Notes: a model not told the origin generated them from the letters alone. Counted from the stretch's first letter, positions 18,092 to 25,738 are shown. The stretch is 32,899 bases of DNA from a virus (IMGVR_UViG_3300045999_005752:1-32899), one strand, 5' to 3'. Numbers and translations are program-made.

Positions 18092-18898
18092 CTACCTCCG
18101 GAGTGTTTTGAGTAATGTGTTGAATGATGCTGAGCCTAAGTCGCGCAGATCATTTGCTGTACTAGCGTTGTCGAATACCTGCTTAACATCTGGTGAACCG
18201 ATACCTACTGCAACAATGGTGATGCCCTGCTGTTTGGCTACATCCTGCACGTGCCGGATATGCTCAGGAACGAATCCATCTGCGTCAGTCAGCACAAACA
18301 AAACCTTGCGCGTCTCGCGTTGTTTGGCAAGGTCTTCGATGGACAGCATGAGAGCGGAATAGTCAGGCGTTCCTGACCCTACCCAATAGTTGATCGAGCC
18401 AAGCTTGGATGACGCAGAGCGCATCGACTCGCCCCATGCCTTGAACGGAATAAACTTGGTGTTCTCGCCGTCAGCCCTGTACTGTTTGCCAGTGGTACGC
18501 TCGTTTGCATACTGGGCGGTGGAGCTACCCTTGAAACCGGTCACAGCAAAGTTGATGCCTGCCTTGTCAAAGATGCGAGCCAGTTGAATCGCCACACCAT
18601 GCGCAACGTGGATGCACCCGCCCATCTCCATCGATGCACTGCAATCGATCAGCACAGACACCGCACTGGTGTCAGCCTCTTTCATGTCGCGCCGTTTAAA
18701 CACCGTTGTGGATCCGGTAGCAAAACGGGTCAAGGCTTTGCGGTCAAGTTTGCCTGACTCCTCATGGCTAGACCAACCAACCAAGTCGACCGACCGTAGA
18801 ATGCGCAGAAGATGCGCACGTGTCGCACCCATACCCTGCGGCACATCGTTGTAGTACTGCAAGAACTTGCGGTCACAGCTTGCTTTGTCGAGATTCAT
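18092..18898 (-). CDS. VWA-domain protein (CobT C-terminal-like)
   Basis: SGKLD..VSVLIDCSASM (MIDAS DxSxS)..GTP..RKVLFVLTD. Confidence 0.85.
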   Translation of the reverse strand: MNLDKASCDRKFLQYYNDVPQGMGATRAHLLRILRSVDLVGWSSHEESGKLDRKALTRFATGSTTVFKRRDMKEADTSAVSVLIDCSASMEMGGCIHVAHGVAIQLARIFDKAGINFAVTGFKGSSTAQYANERTTGKQYRADGENTKFIPFKAWGESMRSASSKLGSINYWVGSGTPDYSALMLSIEDLAKQRETRKVLFVLTDADGFVPEHIRHVQDVAKQQGITIVAVGIGSPDVKQVFDNASTANDLRDLGSASFNTLLKTLRR

Positions 18899-18900
18899 AA

Positions 18901-19920
18901 TCACTCCCAAGTAAACGTTTCGATGACGGGTTTGTTGGTGTACGGACGTGGGTGCTTTTTGTCCGACAACTTACCCGCAACTTCTGATTCAATAAAGTCG
19001 GCAGGGTCAACATTGCGACCGCCGTTAAGCTTGCCGTTCGACTTGCCTTTCGACTCGCCTTTCGGTTCGCCCTTGTCGGACTCGCCTGCCTGCCCGTCCT
19101 GATTTCCCTGACCATCCTGATCGCCCTGCCCTGAATCCTGATCGCCCTTGTCAGAGCCGCCCGTAGGGTTGCCCTGCGAATCCCCCTCAGGCGCGTCAGA
19201 ATCGTCTGTGGGCTGTTTTTTTGGGTCACCCTTACCCTCACCCTTGGTATTCCCATCAGAGCGTTGTGGCTCGTCTGCGTACTGCTTGATCTGCTCGTAA
19301 AGCTTGATCGCCGCAAGCACCACGCCCTCAGTGTTGCGCGACTGTTTGGCTGACTGCAAAGCCTCGTGGATATGCACAGCCAAGGGTGACTGATCGATGA
19401 TCGATGGCACGTCAACGTGATAGCCGTTTAAACGCCGACCCTCGACTGCAAGCATAAACGGAATGTTTTTTAGATCGTCCGGTTCAACGTACCCGTCACG
19501 CGCAAGCACAGCATTGAGCAGGTTTTCAAACAAGTACTTGCTGTTGGGTGCAAAGCCTGACTCGATGGCGCGTTGTTCGATGCGCGGGTCTTCGAGACCG
19601 TTGATCAGTTGCCCTACATACTGCCCGTGCTTTGCTCGCGCCTGATCCCACGGCTCGTTATTGGTGTACAGCCCGTGACCCAAACCCTCGTGGATGGCAA
19701 AGCCGATCAGGTTATTGAACGTGCCGCGATCAACATCGGCAAGCTCGTCAAGGGCAGGGAATACAACCGTTGCATCGATCTGCGAACCCTCGCGGTTGAA
19801 GTTGATTCCTGCTGTAGTGCCGAACCACTTGACCTGAAGACTGCGGAACTTCGAGCCGCTGTTGGCAACGATCCGTTCCATTGTTGCGGCAACGCCGCGT
19901 TTAACATCGATCCCTTTCAT
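18901..19920 (-). CDS. CobT N-terminal-like protein with HE..H motif and acidic Gly-rich linker
   Basis: GFAIHEGLGH..LINGLEDPRIE; low-complexity GDQ/GES tail. Confidence 0.75.
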   Translation of the reverse strand: MKGIDVKRGVAATMERIVANSGSKFRSLQVKWFGTTAGINFNREGSQIDATVVFPALDELADVDRGTFNNLIGFAIHEGLGHGLYTNNEPWDQARAKHGQYVGQLINGLEDPRIEQRAIESGFAPNSKYLFENLLNAVLARDGYVEPDDLKNIPFMLAVEGRRLNGYHVDVPSIIDQSPLAVHIHEALQSAKQSRNTEGVVLAAIKLYEQIKQYADEPQRSDGNTKGEGKGDPKKQPTDDSDAPEGDSQGNPTGGSDKGDQDSGQGDQDGQGNQDGQAGESDKGEPKGESKGKSNGKLNGGRNVDPADFIESEVAGKLSDKKHPRPYTNKPVIETFTWE

Positions 19921-21326
19921 TACTGCACTCCTAAGTAAGATTTGAGTTTGGCAGAATCAATTGACGCGGCAAAGATCCCGCGCAATTCAGCCTCGCACTC
20001 GCTTGGAAACTTGTTGACGATAGCGTTATTGAACGCCTTGCCTACTGGCATACCGCCCTTGATCGCTCTCGCCCATGCAAACATCTGACGCAAGCTTGGT
20101 GGCTGAGTCAGCAAACCCAGACGAGCCTTGGAACGGGCAATGTTCGCAAACCGGACTAGCGAGCGGGTTGCATCGCCGTTTAAGCCTGTACGCTTGGTGA
20201 TCAGGTCAACCTCTTGATCCTCTGGCAAGTAGTTGAACCGGAGCGTATAGCTGAAACGATCAAGGAACGCGCTGTTTTGCTCACGTACACCCGCAAAATT
20301 GCCTGACTCGTCACCATGCCCAGTCGAGTTGTCAGCCGCGAAGAACACGACACCAGTCGCAACGGGGACAAGCTTGCCTGTTTCGGTGATTTCCAGAGCG
20401 CGGTGAACTGAATGCTCAGTCACAGCGTGTAATTTTGAAATATTCTGCGGACGTGCAAAGCCAACCTCATCGAGCAATATGATCGCGCCTGCGTGTTGGA
20501 TAGCCTGAGTCAACGTGCCTGCCTTCCAAACAACGTCACCATTCTCGATGGTGTTTGCTCCGATGAACGATGAACTTTCGAGACCCTCCTCAAAATTGAT
20601 GCGCACAAGCTTGCGCTTGAGACGCGCCGCGATTTGGGTCACAAACTCGGTCTTGCCTGTGCCACGCTCGCCGCCCAACCAAGTATTGTCTGGCAACGCG
20701 CCCGATAGAGCGATCAGCGTCTGGTGCAGGGCGGCAGGGTCAAACACATAGTCCGACACCAGTGCAGGGCAGGCAGGATCGTCCCAGACCTCGACTTCAA
20801 ACGTGCTGAAGTCGATCAGGTTGCCCTCGTCATCGCGGTAGAACAGGTCACCGTCAAAAACGTTTTGTGCCTCTTCCCTGCGTGTTTTGGGGAAAGCTTT
20901 GGCAACGTCAGCCGCAAGGGTGGGGAACTGGTGGGGAGGGTGAGCCTCCTTGAACTGATCAAACAGGTCAGCAATTGTCGAGCGGATCGACTCGTTGACC
21001 TTGTCATAGTCCACGCCCTGCAAGGTCTGCGTCTTGCGCCGAATGTCCGACACTTCGTTCAGGGCAGAGTGCATAAGCTTGGTCACTGACACAAGCTCAC
21101 TGGTGAGGTGGTCAACGCGAGGATCAGCCTGAACCACAGGGGTTGGGCTGAAAGTTGCGCCTGACAATGGCTGAGTGTTTTTGATATCGTCAAAGCTGAT
21201 CAGCCCACGAGTAATCAATTCGGTAAGGTGAGCGATGGCAGTCGTTTTATCTTTGACTGTGTTTTGACCGACAGCAACGAGTGCCGCATTAAGTTGAGCA
21301 AGGGGGAAAAGGACGAGTCCGCGCAT
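19920..21326 (-). CDS. CobS/MoxR-like AAA+ ATPase
   Basis: GERGTGKT, ILLDE, AADNSTGHGD..NSAFLDRF, SLR. Confidence 0.9.
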   Translation of the reverse strand: MRGLVLFPLAQLNAALVAVGQNTVKDKTTAIAHLTELITRGLISFDDIKNTQPLSGATFSPTPVVQADPRVDHLTSELVSVTKLMHSALNEVSDIRRKTQTLQGVDYDKVNESIRSTIADLFDQFKEAHPPHQFPTLAADVAKAFPKTRREEAQNVFDGDLFYRDDEGNLIDFSTFEVEVWDDPACPALVSDYVFDPAALHQTLIALSGALPDNTWLGGERGTGKTEFVTQIAARLKRKLVRINFEEGLESSSFIGANTIENGDVVWKAGTLTQAIQHAGAIILLDEVGFARPQNISKLHAVTEHSVHRALEITETGKLVPVATGVVFFAADNSTGHGDESGNFAGVREQNSAFLDRFSYTLRFNYLPEDQEVDLITKRTGLNGDATRSLVRFANIARSKARLGLLTQPPSLRQMFAWARAIKGGMPVGKAFNNAIVNKFPSECEAELRGIFAASIDSAKLKSYLGVQ

Positions 21327-21344
21327 GATGTAAGCCTCCGGCGT

Positions 21345-21923
21345 TTAAACAATAAGGGGAAGTGAATCGTTCGGGCAGAGCGGCAGGTTGGGTGCGCCGT
21401 CTTTGTATGCCCACTTGGTGGATAGTCTGATCGTATAGCCACAGCCAACACAGCAAGCCTTGAGCATACGGGTTGACTGCGTTTTCTTGTTGGCGCGTAC
21501 GTTCAGCGATGCATGGGGATAGTCACCCAAGCTCTTGACCATATCGCCCATGTATTCTTTGAAACGGTCACCGATGGTGGTGGACGTTGGTTTGCCCTCA
21601 AGCCACAGCAAGCGAGCCGCGACAGGGAAACGTCCGCGATGCCCGTCACCGTCCGTTGCCGCATGGCAAAGCTCATGCACTAGCACACCGAAAACCTCGA
21701 ACGGATCGTCAATGACAGGCGAGATCAATATCTCGTGATGCTGATCGTCACTAGCACTGGGAGACCAATGCTCACCGATGGCGCGGTGCTGTGACCGTGC
21801 CTTGCTTGATGGAAACCCGCAAGCCACGCGGATCAGGTCAGGCAGGGCAAAGCCACGTGCCTCGAAAACAGGGCGCAGTTCTTCGACTGCGGCTGACAGG
21901 TATTGCTCGCGGGTTTGGTACAT
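21345..21923 (-). CDS. SprT-like zinc metalloprotease with C-terminal Cys ribbon
   Basis: LVHELCHA..GH..F; C..CGYTIR..CP. Confidence 0.8.
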   Translation of the reverse strand: MYQTREQYLSAAVEELRPVFEARGFALPDLIRVACGFPSSKARSQHRAIGEHWSPSASDDQHHEILISPVIDDPFEVFGVLVHELCHAATDGDGHRGRFPVAARLLWLEGKPTSTTIGDRFKEYMGDMVKSLGDYPHASLNVRANKKTQSTRMLKACCVGCGYTIRLSTKWAYKDGAPNLPLCPNDSLPLIV

Positions 21924-21925
21924 GA

Positions 21926-22165
21926 TTAAGCCTTTACAGGGAAGGTGAAAAAAGAATCGGGGGAAAGCTTGAAGGTTTCAGGTCTGCCAGTCAGTGACTC
22001 GTTGGCGCGAACCTCAATCACAACGTCATCACCCTTTCGTGTGTTGATCGCGACAGCCTCGGCGTGGCTGATCCACGCATCTTGATCGTGATTTTCGAAG
22101 TCCTCGACCACTGAGGACAGCCAGTCGATGTAAACCTCTTGAGCGGGAGCGGTCAGGAATATCAT
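21926..22165 (-). CDS. Hypothetical early protein
   Basis: 79 aa; GAGG RBS. Confidence 0.65.
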   Translation of the reverse strand: MIFLTAPAQEVYIDWLSSVVEDFENHDQDAWISHAEAVAINTRKGDDVVIEVRANESLTGRPETFKLSPDSFFTFPVKA

Positions 22166-22166
22166 G

Positions 22167-22340
22167 TTAAGCCTCGTTTAGTTTGTTTGCCTGCGAGAGC
22201 GCAGATTTGAAAGTCTTGAATGTTCTGGTAAAGCGTTCGATTTGAAGCTTGCCCTCGCTGTTAATCACAGTGCGAGCGATGCCGAAACGCGTATCTCCTG
22301 CGTTCAGGCTGTGGACGTGCCAGTGAGTCAATTCGATCAT
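22167..22340 (-). CDS. Hypothetical early protein (57 aa, not in ORF track)
   Basis: MIELTHWHVHSLNAGDTRFG..FKTFKSALSQANKLNEA; GAGG RBS; fills the gap. Confidence 0.6.
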   Translation of the reverse strand: MIELTHWHVHSLNAGDTRFGIARTVINSEGKLQIERFTRTFKTFKSALSQANKLNEA

Positions 22341-22348
22341 GATTGCCC

Positions 22349-22678
22349 TCAGATGTTGTAAGACGTGAAGAGCCGCACTGAGTACTGGCGGCGCGACAGG
22401 CGGCGAACGTCAGCCCCAACAGTGGCACAACCACAGCAGTCATGCTCATGCCGACAGTGCGAGTACGACAGGGATGTTGCTATATGGGTGGACAGGTCAA
22501 TACCGCCCAGAGCGGCAGGGGCGATCACTCGAGTGATGCTCATCTTGCCATCGATACCCTCGTCAGTGATCAGGCGGGGGGTGAGCATCTTTGCGTACCC
22601 AAGGAACTCCTGGGAATCAAGATGATCCCAACCTAAGCGGTACTTGTTTGTGAGCTTTTTGAAGAGTGTGATTTGCAT
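22349..22678 (-). CDS. Early protein with C-x-H-x-H-D-C-C-G-C metal-binding motif
   Basis: MQITLF start after GGAGG; HCRHEHDCCGC. Confidence 0.7.
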   Translation of the reverse strand: MQITLFKKLTNKYRLGWDHLDSQEFLGYAKMLTPRLITDEGIDGKMSITRVIAPAALGGIDLSTHIATSLSYSHCRHEHDCCGCATVGADVRRLSRRQYSVRLFTSYNI

Positions 22679-22696
22679 GGTAAGCCTCCAGTGTTT

Positions 22697-22746
22697 GCAC
22701 AAGACCGCCGGAGCGGTTTCGGGTATTGAACCCTCGTCAGTTGCGC
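22697..22746 (-). ncRNA. Hammerhead ribozyme, type I (HH-B)
   Basis: GCGCAA CUGACGA GGGU-ucaau-ACCC GAAA CCGC-uccg-GCGG UC^UUGUGC; complete core and three stems. Confidence 0.93.
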
Positions 22747-22877
22747 TTGCGGATAATCGATAGACCGTACGCCTGTTGTTGGGCAAACAGCCTCGCGTCT
22801 TTCAATGTCTTGAAGTAGAGCTTTTCGCGTTCGCTAGTCAGTTCCCAAGGGTAGGTCTTGCTTGGTTGCGTCTTCAT
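22737..22877 (-). CDS. 46-aa early protein bracketed by two hammerheads
   Basis: MKTQPSKTYPW..YFKTLKDARLFA; GGAGA RBS. Confidence 0.65.
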   Translation of the reverse strand: MKTQPSKTYPWELTSEREKLYFKTLKDARLFAQQQAYGLSIIRKRN

Positions 22878-22893
22878 GTTGTATCTCCAGTTT

Positions 22894-22943
22894 GCATAAG
22901 ACCCCGCGAGGGGTTTCGTCCAGTCAGGACTCATCAGTTATGC
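22894..22943 (-). ncRNA. Hammerhead ribozyme, type I (HH-A)
   Basis: GCAUAA CUGAUGA GUCC-ugacu-GGAC GAAA CCCC-ucgc-GGGG UC^UUAUGC; complete core and three stems. Confidence 0.95.
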
Positions 22944-23150
22944 TGATTTTTTCTTGGTGCGCAGTAGGAAGAGGTCACGAATCACATCGATCTCAGCCCA
23001 CAATTTAATGATGTAGGGGTTCTTGATATCCCGCTCCTCAGGGTGGTGGCTCAGTGTGGCGTAGCAATCTCTCAACGCCCAGTCCAGTTGGTTGTCAGGC
23101 TTGCCCCAGTGCTTGACTTTGAAAACTGCGTAGTGTTCTTGGTAGGTCAT
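22938..23150 (-). CDS. Hypothetical early protein
   Basis: MTYQEHY start after GGAGATACACC. Confidence 0.65.
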   Translation of the reverse strand: MTYQEHYAVFKVKHWGKPDNQLDWALRDCYATLSHHPEERDIKNPYIIKLWAEIDVIRDLFLLRTKKKSA

Positions 23151-23163
23151 GGTGTATCTCCGA

Positions 23164-23376
23164 TTAGTTAGTAATAGCGTGTACCCAGATGGCGCGGTCA
23201 ACCTGCACTTCCCAGTGAGTGTCATCTGGGTTTTCAAGCAAGCACAGGATGAAGTCTTGCTTTTCAAGGTTGAAGTACTGCTCTTGACTCTGGATGCAAC
23301 CCTTGAGCTTGAGAGGGGTGCGTTTGATCAGGGCGGCAAGGTCTTTGTTTGATATTGCATGGCGATGGGGGATCAT
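23164..23376 (-). CDS. Hypothetical early protein
   Basis: MIPHRH start after GGAGATACACC. Confidence 0.65.
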   Translation of the reverse strand: MIPHRHAISNKDLAALIKRTPLKLKGCIQSQEQYFNLEKQDFILCLLENPDDTHWEVQVDRAIWVHAITN

Positions 23377-23395
23377 GGTGTATCTCCGTTGGGTT

Positions 23396-23443
23396 GAAAG
23401 TAAATCAGACAACGCTCTCATAAAACGTTGTCGGTTGACTCTC
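23396..23443 (-). promoter_or_regulatory. Long intergenic hairpin, RNase III-like processing site (copy 2)
   Basis: GAGAGU..GACAACGUUUU-aug-AGAGCGUUGUC-UGAUUUACUUUC. Confidence 0.55.
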
Positions 23444-23774
23444 AGGTTGCGTTGACTTCGGCGATAAACTCCCGCGCCTTTATGACACTTTGCTTTAGTG
23501 CCGTCAGTGTGTAGCAGACATCACTGGTACTGACTCTTTTTTTGTTGACCAACCCATAAAGGCGATCAGGCAATAAGGTGTTGAGCGAACCGTATGCAAT
23601 GACTGCAAATTCCTTGCACTTGCCCTGATCAACTAGTTCGCTGATCTGTTTGTTCAGTGCATCCTTTTCAGCCATCAGCCCGTTGGGGTTGGAGTAGTGA
23701 AACAAGGCAAGGTCTGCATTTGACCAACTCGACTCGGGCTTGATTGCTTGCTTTGTGATGTATTGATATTTCAT
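23442..23774 (-). CDS. First early gene, hypothetical
   Basis: MKYQYI start after GGAGA. Confidence 0.65.
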   Translation of the reverse strand: MKYQYITKQAIKPESSWSNADLALFHYSNPNGLMAEKDALNKQISELVDQGKCKEFAVIAYGSLNTLLPDRLYGLVNKKRVSTSDVCYTLTALKQSVIKAREFIAEVNAT

Positions 23775-23787
23775 GATGTTCTCCAGT

Positions 23788-23833
23788 GAAAGTAAATCAG
23801 TCAGCACCCATAAGATGCTGACGGGTTACTCTC
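23788..23833 (-). promoter_or_regulatory. Long intergenic hairpin, RNase III-like processing site (copy 1)
   Basis: GAGAGUAA..GUCAGCAUC-uuau-GGGUGCUGAC-UGAUUUACUUUC. Confidence 0.55.
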
Positions 23834-24101
23834 GATGACCTCCGTTCAACGTCTGCGCTCTTGTTAGCCGCTCCGCCATTCTCCCTCGCTCTGTCTCCGC
23901 TAGCACAGTCTTATAGTGTTCATCGCTTAAGGCTTGCACCCTCGCTTACACACCGGAACTATCTGGATAACTCGGTCATCATTCAGAGCAAAGCCTCGCG
24001 GCTTGACTCTGAGTTAGTAGCTGTTCTCTTGGTTAGCCATCAGCACTTTTATTAAGGGGGCAACGTTTTAGAACCCCTCCCGATTGAGTCTGCGCCTCGG
24101 G

Positions 24102-24189
24102 ATCTGGCGGTGATGTAGGCGGTCTTGGATGGTGACCTAGAACCTGCATCTGGCGAGTCGGGCGGCTGTTGGATGTTTTGCCTAGAACC
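24102..24189 (-). repeat. Two imperfect ~45-nt tandem repeats in the early leader
   Basis: GGTTCTAGG..CATCCAA..CCGCC..CGCCAGAT twice; third GGTTCTA at 24069-24075. Confidence 0.7.
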
Positions 24190-24208
24190 CTTGCTGTACT
24201 GAGCCTCC

Positions 24209-24238
24209 AGTTTATTCGCAAGTGTTTAAACAATGCAA
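24209..24238 (-). promoter_or_regulatory. Candidate early sigma70 promoter with GTTTAAAC in spacer
   Basis: TTGCAT-18-TAAACT on the minus strand. Confidence 0.55.
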
Positions 24239-24278
24239 ACGCTTTCGGTGTTTTGTTGCTATTGCACCCCTTTTTAAG

Positions 24279-24557
24279 TTTGGAAGGGAGGGTTTCGCAA
24301 AACAGAAGGCGGCTTGTTTAAACGAGCTATACGGCGTTTGTTTGGAAAGACACATTACCCCCTTGACACCCTCGCTAAAAACTCTAATGAATGCTTAGTG
24401 CCTGATGCATGGTCACGCCCGTAGGTCAATTCGTAATTTTGGAAGACAGGGTTTTGCAAAACGGAAGGCAAGACGTTTAAACACCCTCAGAGCGATTTGT
24501 TTTGAAGTTGATACCTACCCCTTGACCACTGCGATAAAAACTCTAATGAATGTTTAG
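24279..24557. repeat. Two imperfect ~120-bp direct repeats (24279-24398, 24438-24557; period 159)
   Basis: Shared blocks tttggaag, gcaaaac.gaaggc, gtttaaac, ccccttgac, taaaaactctaatgaatg. Confidence 0.85.
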
Positions 24558-24567
24558 CCCGTCAGTC

Positions 24568-24616
24568 TGTGGATAACTTGTGGATATGTGGATAACTTGC
24601 AACATTCTGTGGATAA
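24568..24616 (-). promoter_or_regulatory. Cluster of DnaA boxes (3 perfect TTATCCACA plus 1 single mismatch)
   Basis: TGTGGATAA at 24568, 24587, 24608; TGTGGATAT at 24579. Confidence 0.75.
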
Positions 24617-24641
24617 CTTGCGAACAGTTCGCGAACTGGGG

Positions 24642-24670
24642 TTGACACTGTACGTTTAAACAGTGATCAT
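24642..24670 (+). promoter_or_regulatory. Candidate terS promoter with SOS box and GTTTAAAC in spacer
   Basis: TTGACA-17-GATCAT; CTGT-acgtttaa-ACAG at 24648-24663. Confidence 0.6.
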
Positions 24671-24719
24671 CGCAGGCAGGTGTCTCAGGGCGTGAGACAG
24701 ATACGCAAGGGAATGGAAA

Positions 24720-25334
24720 ATGAACCAAAAACCACAGGTAGATGATGATCTGGACGGGTTGCTAAGTGATAGCACTGGGACAAGCGAACACGCTTTCAAA
24801 ATTGCCGCGCCCGTCCTAGACAGTGAGCAACTGCGAACAGCGGTTGAATCGATCTCAGAGAGACGTACAAAGGATGGAAAGCTATACGGTGTCAAGCTAG
24901 ACACAAGGGGACGTATAACAGCTAAACAAAGACTATTTGCATCCCTGATAGTTCAAGGGCTTTCTCCCAGAGAGAGTTACAGAAAAGCCTACAACTGCCT
25001 GACAGCAAACGAGTCCACGATTGCAACGTCAGCGAATCGTCTAATGAACGATCCAAAGGTTAGTGTCCTGCTCCAGTCATCCTTGGACAAGCGTGAAGAA
25101 AACCTCGTCTCTGACGCTGTAGCTACCAGACGGCACGTGATGACAGAGTTGCTGAACCATGCCAAAGAGATGAAGTCCGAAGGTTCTAAGCTCAAAGCAC
25201 TGGAGCTAATCGGCAGGGCTGTTGGCATGTTCACCGATAAGGTAGAGACCAAGGTTGAAGAGGTCAGCACTGACCAACTGAAACGGGAACTCGAGACGCA
25301 TCTGGCGTTGCTCGATGGTGCTACCAAACACTGA
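24720..25334 (+). CDS. terS: Terminase small subunit
   Basis: ITAKQRLFA..YRKAY..ANRLMNDPKV..LKALELIGRAVGMF; upstream of TerL. Confidence 0.75.
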   Translation: MNQKPQVDDDLDGLLSDSTGTSEHAFKIAAPVLDSEQLRTAVESISERRTKDGKLYGVKLDTRGRITAKQRLFASLIVQGLSPRESYRKAYNCLTANESTIATSANRLMNDPKVSVLLQSSLDKREENLVSDAVATRRHVMTELLNHAKEMKSEGSKLKALELIGRAVGMFTDKVETKVEEVSTDQLKRELETHLALLDGATKH

Positions 25335-25539
25335 CCGTTTAAACCCTTTCTGTAGAACTGGTCAGGTCTTTTGTATCCGGATATGGTCATTAGCTAATCC
25401 CTATTGACTATCCAATCACAATCGATCTGACCTATCGTATCCAATCCAATCGATCCGCCATGCGACAGCCCCACCCTTTGCGATACGCCCACAGCCCAAC
25501 CCCACCACTCCCGCACCCCCTAGAACAGGCGCGTCACTC

Positions 25540-25555
25540 CTGTATACATATACAG
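25540..25555. promoter_or_regulatory. LexA/SOS box
   Basis: CTGT-atacatat-ACAG, near consensus, intergenic. Confidence 0.6.
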
Positions 25556-25738
25556 TGCATTCCACACATCCTATCACTATCCAATCCTCAACACGAACGT
25601 TCGCACAGAAGAAGCTTGCTTCGTATGGGTACGCAGTACCCCACCCCCACATGATTTCTGGCTTGACTTCATTTAAGCAGTCATGGAGAATACCCCCCAG
25701 AACGTTTCTGTTTTGTTCACCCCGGGGGTATATATATT

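Noticed and set aside
18092-21326. Cobalamin biosynthesis auxiliary metabolic genes (cobS/cobT)
   Set aside because: No cobN or other B12 genes; phage CobS/CobT-like pairs are general MoxR AAA+/VWA systems.
23915-23952. Twister-like GGUGCAAGCC segment in the early leader
   Set aside because: Could not build the P1/P2 stems and both pseudoknots by eye; kept only as part of the generic structured-leader finding.
24102-24557. CRISPR array or mini-array in the repeat-rich control region
   Set aside because: Only two imperfect copies of each repeat, no constant repeat/unique spacer periodicity, and no cas genes; the exonuclease sits in an ERF recombination context.
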